Below the pieces are notes generated by a model. It was not told the DNA's origin. It worked only from the letters and a program-made list of their open reading frames with translations, and ran no database searches. Position numbers and translations under genes: made by a program. Positions 19,737 through 28,689 of a stretch of DNA of 64,000 bases are shown piece by piece; the first letter of the stretch is position 1, and the number at the start of each line of letters is the position of its first letter. This stretch comes from Acidimicrobiales bacterium (GTDB lineage: Bacteria > Actinomycetota > Acidimicrobiia > Acidimicrobiales > AC-14), in the NCBI GenBank assembly GCA_036260255.1, contig DATAAF010000005.1, forward strand, positions 22,947 to 86,946, written 5' to 3'.

Positions 19737-20281
19737 CAGCCGCTCACGCCCGCGCCGCCGAGCATCGTGGCCACCAGGCCCTCGACCGGCACCAGCCGCA
19801 AGGCCCGTCCGGCGGCCGCCAGCACGACCTCGTCGGCCACCGATGCCGCCGCCTGGTTGAGCTCCCCCAACACGTCCCTGAACCGCCGGCCGGCGTGGGA
19901 GGACGGGTGCACCCCCAGCCCCACCTCCTCGGAGACGACGACGGTGTCGCCGGCCCGTTCGACCAGGGCGCGGCACAGCCCGTCGGCGTCCACCGCCAGC
20001 TCGGGCTGGCCGGCTACCCAGCTCCCCAGCGAGTCCACCAGCACCGCCCCTTGGACGGAGGACAGCGCACCGACCAGGTCGGGCCCCGTCTCGACCGTCG
20101 GCCACGAGGGTGGGCGGCGGGCCCGATGGGCGGCGACCCGGGCGGCCATGTCGGCGTCGCCCTCGACGACCACCGCGGTGGCCAGCACCGTCACCGGCCG
20201 GCGGCCGGCCAGGGCGGAGACCAGACGCTCGGCCATCGCCGACTTGCCCGAGCGCGCTCCACCCAGCACGAGCACGATCAC
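19736..20281 (-). CDS. cobU: Adenosylcobinamide kinase / adenosylcobinamide-phosphate guanylyltransferase CobU
   Basis: GTG at 20281. VIVLVLGGARSGKSAMAE P-loop; VVVSEEVGLGVHPSSHAGRRFRDVLGELNQ. Confidence 0.85.
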   Translation of the reverse strand: MIVLVLGGARSGKSAMAERLVSALAGRRPVTVLATAVVVEGDADMAARVAAHRARRPPSWPTVETGPDLVGALSSVQGAVLVDSLGSWVAGQPELAVDADGLCRALVERAGDTVVVSEEVGLGVHPSSHAGRRFRDVLGELNQAAASVADEVVLAAAGRALRLVPVEGLVATMLGGAGVSG

Positions 20282-20329
20282 GCGGCGCGTCCCCGTCCGT
20301 TCCGGGCGGGGCGGACCTGCATCTCCACG

Positions 20330-20522
20330 ACGTCCTCGCGTCCTTTCGGCTCGTAGCCCGACAGGCAGGTCTCCTGGCTCCCGGATCAACGCTCCCCCCG
20401 GCCTTCCCGCCCTCACGGGCCGTGGCCATCCTTCGTGGGAGTCGCTCCCCGGTGACAGTTGCGGGACAGCCCCGGACTCGCACCGGGTTCCCTGCGCTGC
20501 GGGCCGAACAGTAGCCTGCCGG
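20330..20522 (-). promoter_or_regulatory. Cobalamin (B12) riboswitch, leader of the cobU-to-chlID operon
   Basis: Minus strand reads GGCAGG..CAGGGAACCCGGUGCGAGUCCGGGGCUGUCCCGCAACUGU (conserved core) .. AGCCAGGAGACCUGCC (B12 box; plus-strand ggcaggtctcctggct at 20364-20379). P1 is GGCAGG/CCUGCC. GC hairpins lie between the aptamer and the GTG at 20281. Confidence 0.9.
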
Positions 20523-20524
20523 CG

Positions 20525-21217
20525 GTGGACCCTGCCCAGCGGAGGACGGAGGCGGAGCGGAGGAGCGAGGCGCGCCAGGCGGCGGCGGCCGGCCCGGCCG
20601 AGCGCCGGCGCACCGAAGCGGAGCGGAGGAGCGAGGCCCGGGAGGCGGAGGGCGAGGCCCAGGGCGAAGCGGGCGAGGACGGACCAGCCACCTCCCGGCG
20701 GCCCCCGTCGCTCGTCCTGGTCAACACTGGCCACGGCAAGGGGAAGTCGTCGGCCGCCTTCGGCGTCATGGGCCGGGGCTGGGCCCGGGGCTGGCGCGTG
20801 GGCGTGGTCCAGTTCGTGAAGGGCGGCAAGTGGAAGACGGGTGAGCGCAAGCTGGCCGACCACCTGGGGATCGAGTGGCACACCCTGGGCGACGGCTTCA
20901 CCTGGGAGTCGACCGACCTGGACGAGACCGCCGCCAAGGGCCGTCACGCCTGGGACGTGGCGCGCCAGAAGCTCGCCTCGGGCGACTACGACCTCCTCAT
21001 CCTCGACGAGCTGACCTACGCCGTCACCTACGGCTGGGTGCCGGTGGCCGACGTCGTCGAGGGGCTGCACGACCGCGCCCCCCGGACCAACGTGGTCATC
21101 ACCGGCCGCGACGCCCCCCCGGAGGTGATCGAGCTGGCCGACACGGTCACCGAGATGCGCAAGGTCAAGCACGCCTACGACCACGGCATCACCGCCAAGA
21201 AGGGGATCGAGTATTAG
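20525..21217 (+). CDS. cobO: Cob(I)yrinic acid a,c-diamide adenosyltransferase CobO/BtuR
   Basis: LVNTGHGKGKSSAAFGVMGRGWARGWRVGVVQFVKG..DYDLLILDELTY..ITGRDAP..ADTVTEMRKVKHAY. Start uncertain: the track ATG at 20459 lies inside the opposite-strand riboswitch, so GTG at 20525 is preferred. The N-terminal extension has a 22-codon-spaced duplication (RRTEAERRSEAR x2). Confidence 0.85.
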   Translation: MDPAQRRTEAERRSEARQAAAAGPAERRRTEAERRSEAREAEGEAQGEAGEDGPATSRRPPSLVLVNTGHGKGKSSAAFGVMGRGWARGWRVGVVQFVKGGKWKTGERKLADHLGIEWHTLGDGFTWESTDLDETAAKGRHAWDVARQKLASGDYDLLILDELTYAVTYGWVPVADVVEGLHDRAPRTNVVITGRDAPPEVIELADTVTEMRKVKHAYDHGITAKKGIEY

Positions 21218-21433
21218 CGAGCGACCTCAGACCGCCAGGCAAGGGCCGCGGTCAGTACCAGGAGGTCGAGCCGGTAGGAGCGGTCTGAGCTCTCTCGCGT
21301 TGGGGCCAGCTCGGCGGGCAGGAAGTCGTGTCTGGGCCGGCAAAGCCGGCCCTCTGGCCACCAGTGGTGCCACAGCGGGAAGAGATGGTCCCCAATAGCG
21401 TCCTCCTGATCAAAGAACCCGTAGTCGACCGCG
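21214..21433 (-). pseudogene. Possible 3' remnant of a disrupted gene (no start; upstream part is antisense of the 542-aa ORF)
   Basis: About 72 codons with mostly G/C third positions (VDYGFFDQEDAIGDHLFPLWHHWWPEGRL..YRLDLLVLTAALAWRSEVAR) ending at TAA 21214. No family recognised. Confidence 0.25.
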
Positions 21434-21457
21434 CCAACGGTCGGGGAGGAGGCCGCC

Positions 21458-23086
21458 ATGGGGACCGTGGCCAGGCTACTGGCCGAGCATGTCACCTTCC
21501 GCTGCACCTCGGTGGACCGCATCGGCATCCGGGGATACATCCCCGGGCTGCAATACGAAGGCGGGGTGGTGAAGTTCCTGCTCAGCCGGGGCAACACCAT
21601 TCCGTCGCCCGCGGCGCTGAACCGCAACCGAGAGCGCCTCGTGGCGGACCTCGACGCCTTGATCGCGGCCTCTGGAGTCCCGGTGGCGCGCTTCCGCCGG
21701 GGCGAGAGCAAAGAGGACATCGCCCGGCCCTTTCAGGACGAGGCCGCAGCCGAAGGGCGCAGCGGGCTGGTACTGGTCGGCAAGGCCCAGGAGCGGACCT
21801 CGTCATGGCGGGGGTTCGTCGACCGCTCCCACGCCGCCCACCGGCCGAACCATCCCCACATCGCATGGCGACGTCAGTCCTCGGTCCCCGACCACTGGTA
21901 CCTGTACTTCTGGGACCACGAGTGGGGGCCGGCCTTCCTCCGGCTGTGCTCCTACGCCCCCTACCCGCTGTGGTGCTGCGCCAACGGCCACGAGTGGGCC
22001 AAGCGCCAGCTGGCCAAGGCGGGAATCGGCTTCGAGGCCCTCGACAACGGCCTGCGCGCCGTCGAGGACCCCACCGCCGCCCACCGAGTCTGCGCCCGCC
22101 TGGGGGCGGGCCACGTCCGAGATCTGCTGCGGCGGATGACGGCGATCATGCCCGACCCCCTCACGACCGAAGACCGGCGAGCGGGGTTCGACTGGCGCTT
22201 CTCCATCGCCCAGCTCGAGGTCTCCGACACCGCCGTGTTCGACCAGCCCCGCCGGGCCCGGGCCTGGTTCGAGGCCGCCATCTCCGGCCACCTCGACCTC
22301 GGCCGTCCGGAGCGGGTCTCGCTGGTGGTCGACCGCACCGTGGTCAACCGGGGCAGGCACAAGACCCCGGGGCGCTTCGCCACCGAGGTGATCACCCGCG
22401 AGGTCGCCCCCCAGCTGCAGATTCACTACAAGTCCTCGAAGGCCAAGGCGTACCTCAAGGAGGGCCGAGCCCTGCGGGTGGAGACGACGGTGAACAACGC
22501 CAGTGACTTCGCCGTCCACAAGACGCTGACCGCCGACAACTGGCGCGCCCTGCGCCGCCTCGGGGCCGCCACCAACGCCCGCTTCCTGGCCGCCATCGGC
22601 GAGGGTCAGGCGGGCCTGCCCGACCTGGCCACCTTGGAATCGGTAGTGCTGCCGAGCGTCCACGACGGCCAGCGAGCACCGGGGCTGCGCTTCGGCGAGC
22701 CGCGGGTGATGGCCCTGTTGGGCTCCGTCGCCGCCTTCGCCCATGTCATCGGAGGGCTCACCAACAAGTCCCTGCGAACGCAGATGGAAGTCCTATGGAA
22801 GCCCTGCTACGCCTCCGCCCAGGCCTCGTACGACCTGCGACGGCTCCGGCTCAAGGGCTTCATCGAGCGCATCGACGGGACAAACACCTATCGCGTGACC
22901 GCCCACGGCCTTCGCATCGCCGCCTTCTTCACCCAGTTGGCCGCCCGGGTGGTGGTCCCTACCCTGACCGAGCTCGCGGGACTCGGCCGGCCACGGCCGC
23001 CAGCCCCGCGTCCCCTCACCGCCGCGTGGCGCAGCTACGAATGCGAGCTGACACGACTGCTGCGCACGGCTCGCCTCGTGGCATGA
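21458..23086 (+). CDS. 542-aa protein of unknown function with a C-terminal winged-helix-like segment; possibly mobile-element associated
   Basis: Clean long ORF with protein-like composition, preceded by ggggaggagg. WYLYFWDHEWGPAFLRLCSYAPYPLWCCANGHEWAKRQLAKAGIGF; C-terminal SYDLRRLRLKGFIERIDGTNTYRVTAHGL. No catalytic motif identified by eye; flanked by non-coding, less G+C-rich DNA. Confidence 0.7.
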   Translation: MGTVARLLAEHVTFRCTSVDRIGIRGYIPGLQYEGGVVKFLLSRGNTIPSPAALNRNRERLVADLDALIAASGVPVARFRRGESKEDIARPFQDEAAAEGRSGLVLVGKAQERTSSWRGFVDRSHAAHRPNHPHIAWRRQSSVPDHWYLYFWDHEWGPAFLRLCSYAPYPLWCCANGHEWAKRQLAKAGIGFEALDNGLRAVEDPTAAHRVCARLGAGHVRDLLRRMTAIMPDPLTTEDRRAGFDWRFSIAQLEVSDTAVFDQPRRARAWFEAAISGHLDLGRPERVSLVVDRTVVNRGRHKTPGRFATEVITREVAPQLQIHYKSSKAKAYLKEGRALRVETTVNNASDFAVHKTLTADNWRALRRLGAATNARFLAAIGEGQAGLPDLATLESVVLPSVHDGQRAPGLRFGEPRVMALLGSVAAFAHVIGGLTNKSLRTQMEVLWKPCYASAQASYDLRRLRLKGFIERIDGTNTYRVTAHGLRIAAFFTQLAARVVVPTLTELAGLGRPRPPAPRPLTAAWRSYECELTRLLRTARLVA

Positions 23087-23171
23087 TCCGAAACTTGCCT
23101 CAAGTCTTCAGGACCGGATTGTCAAGCGCGGGCTAGCGCGGGGAGGGCAGGCCCCCGCTGAGACGAAAGGG

Positions 23172-24098
23172 CTAGGCCACGTCCCGTCGGCGGAACAATA
23201 GGGTGGCGCTGGCCAGCAGCACCAGGGCCACCGCGGCGAGGTACACGCCCGCCTCGAGGACCGTCCTGCCGAAGACGTCGCCCCCTTCGTTCTCACCGGA
23301 GACGAGCACGATGGCGTTGCCCAGGAGCAGCCAGCGGCGGTAGTCCTCGAGGAACCCGCCCACCACGTTCTCGAACACGACGAAGTAGCCGAAGCCGATC
23401 CCCAGGGCGGCGGCGGTGTTGCGCCCGATCGAGGAGACGGCGAAGCCCAGGGTCGAGGCGATGGCGACCATGGCGGTGCCCCGCAGGGCGACACCTGCCA
23501 GCGACCGCCCGAAGCTGCCGCCCGTGCCGGCGGTGGTGCCGTGCAGGTAGGCGGACGGCAGGAGGGCGGCGGACAGCAACATCCCCGCCGCCACCGCAAA
23601 GGCGCAGGCCACCAGGGCGCTGGCCGCCGCCTTGGCCAGCAGGACCCGCGGCCGGCGGGGCTCCCACGTGAGGATGGTCGTGATGGTGCGCGATTGCCAG
23701 TCGGCGCCGATGCTCGACGCCCCGATGAGCCAGGCGACGACCACCAGCGGCCCGGTCGTCGCCTGGAGGATCCCCTTGAGGTCGGACAGGGCGAACCGGG
23801 GGTCGTCGACCGCTCCCACGGCGAAGCTGCAGCGCTCCTCTGGTGAGATCGGGGGCGCGCCTGGCCCCTCGGGAGCCTCGGGCGGCCCCACTTCGGACGC
23901 GCTCCGTTCCAGGCACGCCTCGAGCTCGGCGCGGGCCCGCCGCTGGCGGGCCGAAATCTCGGCCGCCGAGACGCCCTCGGTGTTCAGGAAGGTCAGGATG
24001 CCGGCCAGGGTGATGGCGACGACGGCGATGAGGGCGAGCACCCGGACGAGGCGGCGGGCCAGCAGCCGCTGGACCTCGCCGGCCAGCAGCGCCCTCAC
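23172..24098 (-). CDS. ABC-2 type transporter permease
   Basis: GTG at 24098 (GTGA overlap with ATPase stop). About 6 TM segments and a large first extracytoplasmic loop. Confidence 0.8.
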   Translation of the reverse strand: MRALLAGEVQRLLARRLVRVLALIAVVAITLAGILTFLNTEGVSAAEISARQRRARAELEACLERSASEVGPPEAPEGPGAPPISPEERCSFAVGAVDDPRFALSDLKGILQATTGPLVVVAWLIGASSIGADWQSRTITTILTWEPRRPRVLLAKAAASALVACAFAVAAGMLLSAALLPSAYLHGTTAGTGGSFGRSLAGVALRGTAMVAIASTLGFAVSSIGRNTAAALGIGFGYFVVFENVVGGFLEDYRRWLLLGNAIVLVSGENEGGDVFGRTVLEAGVYLAAVALVLLASATLLFRRRDVA

Positions 24099-25018
24099 AG
24101 CTCGCCCCCGCTCTCACCCGTGAGCTCGAGGAACACCGTCTCCAGGCTGACCTCCTCGGGCCGGAGCTCGGTGAGGTAGAGCCGGCGGCGGGCGAGGGCC
24201 CGGGTGACCTCTTCGGCGTCGGCGGGCGGCAGGTCGACGCGTATGAACCCGTCGCCCAGCACCGCGGTGATGCCCGCCTCGGCCAGGGCGGCGACGCCCG
24301 CCTGCAGGTCGGTCAGGCGCACGATCAGCCCGGTGCGGCGCCCGCCCGCCAGCACCTCGTCCACCGGCCCAGCCCGCACGCACCGGCCGCGCGAGAGGAT
24401 GGCGACCCGGTCGCACGCCTGCTGCACCTCGGCGAGGATGTGGCTCGACACGAACACCGTGCGGCCTTCGGCGCCCAGCCTCTTGAGAAGGTCGCGGACC
24501 TCCTTGATGCCGGCGGGGTCCAGCCCGTTGGCGGGCTCGTCGAGGACGAGCAGCTCGGGGTCCTTGAGCAGGGCGATGGCGATGCCCAGCCGCTGGCGCA
24601 TCCCGAGGGAGTAGCCCCGCACCGGGTCGTCGGCCCGCTCGGCCAGCCCGACCCGCTCGAGCACCCGCTGCACCGCCGGCGCGCCGATCCCCTCCAACCG
24701 TCCGAGCAGGGCCAGGTTCCGCCGCCCCGAGAGGCCGGGGAACAGCCCGGGGGTCTCGACCAGCGATCCCACCCGGCCGATCACCGCCGGGAGCTGGCGC
24801 TGCGAGTCCGCCCCCAGCACGCTGCACGCCCCCGCGCTGGGACGGGCCAGGCCGAGCAGGCACCGGATGGTCGTCGTCTTGCCGGAGCCGTTGGGTCCGA
24901 GGAAGCCGAAGACGCCGCCCGCCGGGACGCTCAGGTCGAGCCCGTCCAGGGCCACCACCGGGGGTTTGCGGAACCGCCGGTACTCCTTGCGGAGCCCCTC
25001 CACCTCGACCACCGCCAT
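24095..25018 (-). CDS. ABC transporter ATP-binding protein (ABC-2/DrrA-like)
   Basis: GFLGPNGSGKTTT Walker A, YSLGMRQRLGIA signature, LLVLDEPANGLD Walker B. Confidence 0.9.
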   Translation of the reverse strand: MAVVEVEGLRKEYRRFRKPPVVALDGLDLSVPAGGVFGFLGPNGSGKTTTIRCLLGLARPSAGACSVLGADSQRQLPAVIGRVGSLVETPGLFPGLSGRRNLALLGRLEGIGAPAVQRVLERVGLAERADDPVRGYSLGMRQRLGIAIALLKDPELLVLDEPANGLDPAGIKEVRDLLKRLGAEGRTVFVSSHILAEVQQACDRVAILSRGRCVRAGPVDEVLAGGRRTGLIVRLTDLQAGVAALAEAGITAVLGDGFIRVDLPPADAEEVTRALARRRLYLTELRPEEVSLETVFLELTGESGGEL

Positions 25019-25040
25019 GGCGCTGGTGTAGCACCCCGAA

Positions 25041-25667
25041 TCAGGGCCGGGCGGCGCGGGCCTCCGCCAAGAGCGACTCCAGGTCGGCGGCGCGCACGCC
25101 GCCGAGGAGCTTGGTCACGATGATGCCGTCGGGGTCGACGAGGAAGGACTCGGGGACGCCGGCCACCCCGAAGTCGATGGCGATGCGGCCGTCGGGATCG
25201 GTCAGCATCGGCCAGTCGCCGCCCCGGGAGGCCCGGAACTCCTTCACGTTGCTGACCGAGTCGCTGTAGACGACGCCCACCACCTCGGCGTCGCCCGCCG
25301 CCTCGTGGCGCTCGGCGAAGGCGATCAGCTCGGGGTGCTCCTGCTCGCAGGGCACGCACCAGGTCGCGAAGAAGTTGACGACGACCCACTTGCCCCGCAG
25401 GTCGGCGAGCCGGACGGTCTCGCCGTCGATCGTCTTGGCCTCGACCGCCGGGGCCGGCTTCCCGATCAGCACGGAGCGAGGCGCCCGGCTCTGGGCCGAG
25501 GGCCGGGTGGCGAGAACGGCCACCAGCATGGTGACCGGGAGGGCCACCGCCACCGCCGTCCACAGCACCCGGCGGGTCCGGCGGAGGGCGACCGCCGACC
25601 GGGGGACCGCCGGCTCGTCGGCGGCGGGCTCCTCGGTGGCCAGGGCGTCCTCGCGCTCGATGGTCAT
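25041..25667 (-). CDS. Membrane-anchored thioredoxin-fold thiol:disulfide oxidoreductase (TlpA/ResA/CcmG-like)
   Basis: ATG at 25667. TM anchor, then KWVVVNFFATWCVPCEQEHPEL (WCxxC) and GVAGVPESFLVDPDG. Confidence 0.85.
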   Translation of the reverse strand: MTIEREDALATEEPAADEPAVPRSAVALRRTRRVLWTAVAVALPVTMLVAVLATRPSAQSRAPRSVLIGKPAPAVEAKTIDGETVRLADLRGKWVVVNFFATWCVPCEQEHPELIAFAERHEAAGDAEVVGVVYSDSVSNVKEFRASRGGDWPMLTDPDGRIAIDFGVAGVPESFLVDPDGIIVTKLLGGVRAADLESLLAEARAARP

Positions 25668-25718
25668 GGGCGGCCCCAGCGTAGGCGGGGCCACCCGGCC
25701 CGGTGCCAAGATGCCCCC

Positions 25719-27113
25719 GTGCCCCCGCTCGGTCCCCGCCTGGTCGTGGCGGGCACGTCGTCGGGTGTGGGCAAGACCACCTTTGCCACCGGTCTCATGG
25801 CCGCCCTCCGGCGGCGGGGGGTGGCGGTGGCGTCGGCCAAGGTCGGACCCGACTTCATCGACCCCGGCTACCACTCGCTGGCCACCGGCCGCCCCGGACG
25901 CAACCTCGATGCCTGGCTGTGCGACGCCGGGACGGTCGGGCCCCTCGCCGCCCGGGCGGCCGCCGGTGCCGACGTCCTCGTGGTCGAGGGGGTCATGGGG
26001 CTGTTCGACGGGGCGGCGGGCGAACACGGCCCGGCGCCCCTCGCCAGCACCGCCCAGGTGGCGGCGCTCCTCGACGCTCCCGTCGTGCTGGTGGTCGACG
26101 CCTCCGCCATGAGCGGGTCGGTGGCGGCCCTCGTCCACGGCTTCGCCACGTTCAGCCCGGCGGTGCGGGTGGCCGGGGTGGTCCTCAACCGCGTCGGCGG
26201 CGACAGCCACGAGAACATGCTGCGGGCGGCGCTGGCCCCCCTGGGCGTGCCCGTCCTCGGCGTGCTGCGCCGGGACGACGCCCTCTCGTGGCGCGATCGC
26301 CACCTGGGCCTGGTGCCGGTCGTCGAGGCCCCCGCCGCGGTGGGTGGCGCCCTCGAGCGCCTGGCCGGCGCGGTTGCGATGGGCTGCGACCTCGACCGGC
26401 TCCTCCGCCTCGCCGCCTCCTCCCCCACCGTTTCGGTCGCCCCGCCCCCCGAGGCCCGCCGCTCGGGGTCGGCCCGCGTCGCCGTCCTGGGCGGCCGGGC
26501 GTTCGCCTTCACGTACCCCGACAACCTCGAGCTCCTGCAGCAGGCGGGGGCCGAGCTCGTCCCCGTCGACCCCGAGGCCGACCGCCGGCTCCCGCCCGGT
26601 GTGACCGCCCTCTACGCCGGCGGCGGCTTCCCCGAGGTCTTCGCCGCCGGGCTGGCCGCCAACCGGCCCCTGCTCGACGACGTCCGCCGCCGGGTCGGCG
26701 CGGGGATGGTCACGTGGGCGGAGTGCGGCGGGCTGCTCTGGCTCTCGCGGTCCCTCGACGGCCATCCCATGGCCGGGGCGCTGGCCGTCGACGGCCGCAT
26801 GACTGCGCGCCTCACCCTCGGCTACCGGCGGGCCCGCACCACCGTCGACACGCCGCTGGGCCGGGCGAGCACCGCCCTGCGGGGCCACGAGTTCCACTAC
26901 TCGGCCGTCGAGCCGGGAGGAGCGGCCCTGCGCTGGCACGGCCGGGACGGCGAGGGCGGTGGCGGGTTCGCCTCGCCCACCCTGCTGGCGTCCTACCTGC
27001 ACGTCCACCTGGCCTCCGACCCCCGGCTCGCCGAGCGTTTCGTGGCGGCGGCGGAGCGGGCGGCCGGCAGGCGAGCGCCGATGGCCGAGGAACTACAGTC
27101 CAGGGCGCCGTGA
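25719..27113 (+). CDS. cbiA: Cobyrinic (hydrogenobyrinic) acid a,c-diamide synthase CbiA/CobB
   Basis: GTG at 25719. LVVAGTSSGVGKTTFATGLMAAL, KVGPDFIDPGYH, GVMGLFDG. C-terminal GATase with ECGGLLWL. Confidence 0.9.
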   Translation: MPPLGPRLVVAGTSSGVGKTTFATGLMAALRRRGVAVASAKVGPDFIDPGYHSLATGRPGRNLDAWLCDAGTVGPLAARAAAGADVLVVEGVMGLFDGAAGEHGPAPLASTAQVAALLDAPVVLVVDASAMSGSVAALVHGFATFSPAVRVAGVVLNRVGGDSHENMLRAALAPLGVPVLGVLRRDDALSWRDRHLGLVPVVEAPAAVGGALERLAGAVAMGCDLDRLLRLAASSPTVSVAPPPEARRSGSARVAVLGGRAFAFTYPDNLELLQQAGAELVPVDPEADRRLPPGVTALYAGGGFPEVFAAGLAANRPLLDDVRRRVGAGMVTWAECGGLLWLSRSLDGHPMAGALAVDGRMTARLTLGYRRARTTVDTPLGRASTALRGHEFHYSAVEPGGAALRWHGRDGEGGGGFASPTLLASYLHVHLASDPRLAERFVAAAERAAGRRAPMAEELQSRAP

Positions 27114-27877
27114 GCTCGGGAAGCCGGTGCGAGTCGAGTGCGGCTGCGCCACCTGGCGCGCTGACCGGTGTGGGGATGGGCCCCGGTGACGCCGAGCTGG
27201 TCACCCTGCAGGCCCTCCGGGTCCTGCGCCAGGCCGACCGCGTCTTCGCCCCCGCCACCGCCGTCGACGCGGTGGGCCGGGCCGAGTCGATCGTCCGCCA
27301 GGTGTGCCCGGAGGTGCCCGTCGAGCGGCTGGCCTTCGAGATGACCGCCGGCGAGGCCCGCCATACCGCGCTGGCGGCGGCCGCCGACCGGGTCGCGGCA
27401 TGCCTCGATGCCGGTGAGGAGGTGGCGTTCGTCACCCTCGGCGACCCCAACGTCTACAGCACCTTCCCGGCGCTGGCGACCGCCGTGTCCGAGCGACGGC
27501 CGGGGACGGCGGTGCGCACGGTCCCCGGCATCACCGCCTTCCAGGCGCTCGCCGCCCGTTCGGGGACGGTGCTCCTCGCCGGCACCGAGCGGCTGTCGCT
27601 GGTCACCGCCCTCGACGGGCCGGCACCCCTCGACGCCGTCGTCGACGATCCCGCGGCCGCCGTCGTCGTCTACAAGGGCGGTCGCCACCTGCCGGCGGTG
27701 GCCAAGCGCCTGGCCGACGCCGGCCGCCTGGACGGGGCGGTGGCAGGCGAGCTCCTCGGCCTCCCCGGCGAACGGGTGAGGCCGGCCGCCGAGCTGGCCG
27801 CCGGGCCGGCGTCCTACCTGGTCACCGTGATCGTGCCGCCCGCCGGGCGGGCGTCGACGGCCGGCACCTCCCAATGA
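27110..27877 (+). CDS. cbiL: Precorrin-2 / cobalt-factor II C20-methyltransferase CbiL/CobI
   Basis: GTG at 27110 (GTGA overlap). LTGVGMGPGDAELVTLQALRVLRQADRVF, VAFVTLGDPNVYSTF, VPGITAFQA. Confidence 0.85.
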   Translation: MSSGSRCESSAAAPPGALTGVGMGPGDAELVTLQALRVLRQADRVFAPATAVDAVGRAESIVRQVCPEVPVERLAFEMTAGEARHTALAAAADRVAACLDAGEEVAFVTLGDPNVYSTFPALATAVSERRPGTAVRTVPGITAFQALAARSGTVLLAGTERLSLVTALDGPAPLDAVVDDPAAAVVVYKGGRHLPAVAKRLADAGRLDGAVAGELLGLPGERVRPAAELAAGPASYLVTVIVPPAGRASTAGTSQ

Positions 27878-28689
27878 TCTCCTTCGTCGGGGCGGGGCCG
27901 GGCGCGGCCGACCTGCTCACCCTGCGGGGCCGCGACCGGCTGGCGGCGGCCGACGTGGTGGTGTGGGCGTCGTCGCTCGTGCCCGCCGCGGTGCTGGAGC
28001 ACGCCCGGCCCGACGCCGAGGTGCACGACTCGGCCGCGATGACCCTCGAGGACGTGCTCGCGGTCTACGCCGCCCATCCCGAGGAGGCCATCGTCCGCCT
28101 GCACTCGGGCGACCCCTCCGTCTATGGCGCCATCCAGGAGCAGATCGACTGGTGCGTCTCCACCGGGCGGGACTTCGAGATCGTCCCCGGCGTGTCGTCT
28201 CTCGGCGCGGCGGCGGCCGCCCTCGGACGGGAGCTGACCGTGCCCGGCCTGGCCCAGAGTGTCGTGCTCACCCGCCTGGCGGGCCGCACGTCGGCGTCGA
28301 TGCCGCCGGGCCAGTCGGTGGCCGACTACGCCTCCCATGGGGCCACGTTGGCCGCGTTCCTGTCCGGAGCCCGGCCGGCCGAGCTCCAGGCCGAGCTGCT
28401 CTCCCCCGGGTCGGGCTACCACCCCGACACCCCGGCGGCCGCGGTGGTCCGGGCGTCGTGGCCGGACGAGGTCGTCGTCCGCACGACCGTCGGGCGCCTG
28501 GTCGACGACCTCGCCGCGACCGGGGCCACCACTACCGTCCTCGTGCTGGTGGGCCCGGCCCTCGGCGCGGGCACCGACGGAGACGGCCCGCCGGCGGCCC
28601 GCAGCCACCTCTACCGCCCGGACTTCGCCCACCGCTTCCGGCGCCGGTCCCGACCCGGGTCGACGGCGGGGAGGCCGGCCGGACCGTGA
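27874..28689 (+). CDS. cbiF: Precorrin-4 / cobalt-precorrin-4 C11-methyltransferase CbiF/CobM
   Basis: ATGA overlap. MISFVGAGPGAADLLTLRG, WASSLVP, RLHSGDPSVYGAIQEQ, VPGVSSLGAAAA, AQSVVLTRLAGRT. Confidence 0.9.
   Translation: MISFVGAGPGAADLLTLRGRDRLAAADVVVWASSLVPAAVLEHARPDAEVHDSAAMTLEDVLAVYAAHPEEAIVRLHSGDPSVYGAIQEQIDWCVSTGRDFEIVPGVSSLGAAAAALGRELTVPGLAQSVVLTRLAGRTSASMPPGQSVADYASHGATLAAFLSGARPAELQAELLSPGSGYHPDTPAAAVVRASWPDEVVVRTTVGRLVDDLAATGATTTVLVLVGPALGAGTDGDGPPAARSHLYRPDFAHRFRRRSRPGSTAGRPAGP

Noticed and set aside
10298-20483. Long N-terminal extensions of track ORFs (10298-13411, 12124-16182, 15621-17669, 18001-19668, 19020-20483, 19736-21184; likewise 25305-27113, 25703-27877, 27963-29813, 30009-32642, 44014-45663, 45707-46915)
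   Set aside because: The extensions are Arg/Pro/Gly junk that overlaps the 3' part of the preceding real gene in another frame. In each case a GTG/ATG overlapping the upstream stop gives an N-terminus that matches the known enzyme family.
20459-20524. ATG at 20459 as the cobO start
   Set aside because: It would place 22 codons inside the opposite-strand riboswitch aptamer, and the encoded peptide (MRDSPGLAPGSLRCGPNSSLPA) looks non-protein-like. GTG at 20525 is preferred, though still uncertain.
21218-23171. Terminal inverted repeats or target-site duplications around the 542-aa ORF
   Set aside because: I compared both flanks by eye and found only 6-7 nt matches, which is not enough to define element ends. 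I have therefore not annotated a mobile_element feature.
25668-25718. A second cobalamin riboswitch upstream of cbiA
   Set aside because: Only about 50 nt are available and no B12-box-like sequence is present.
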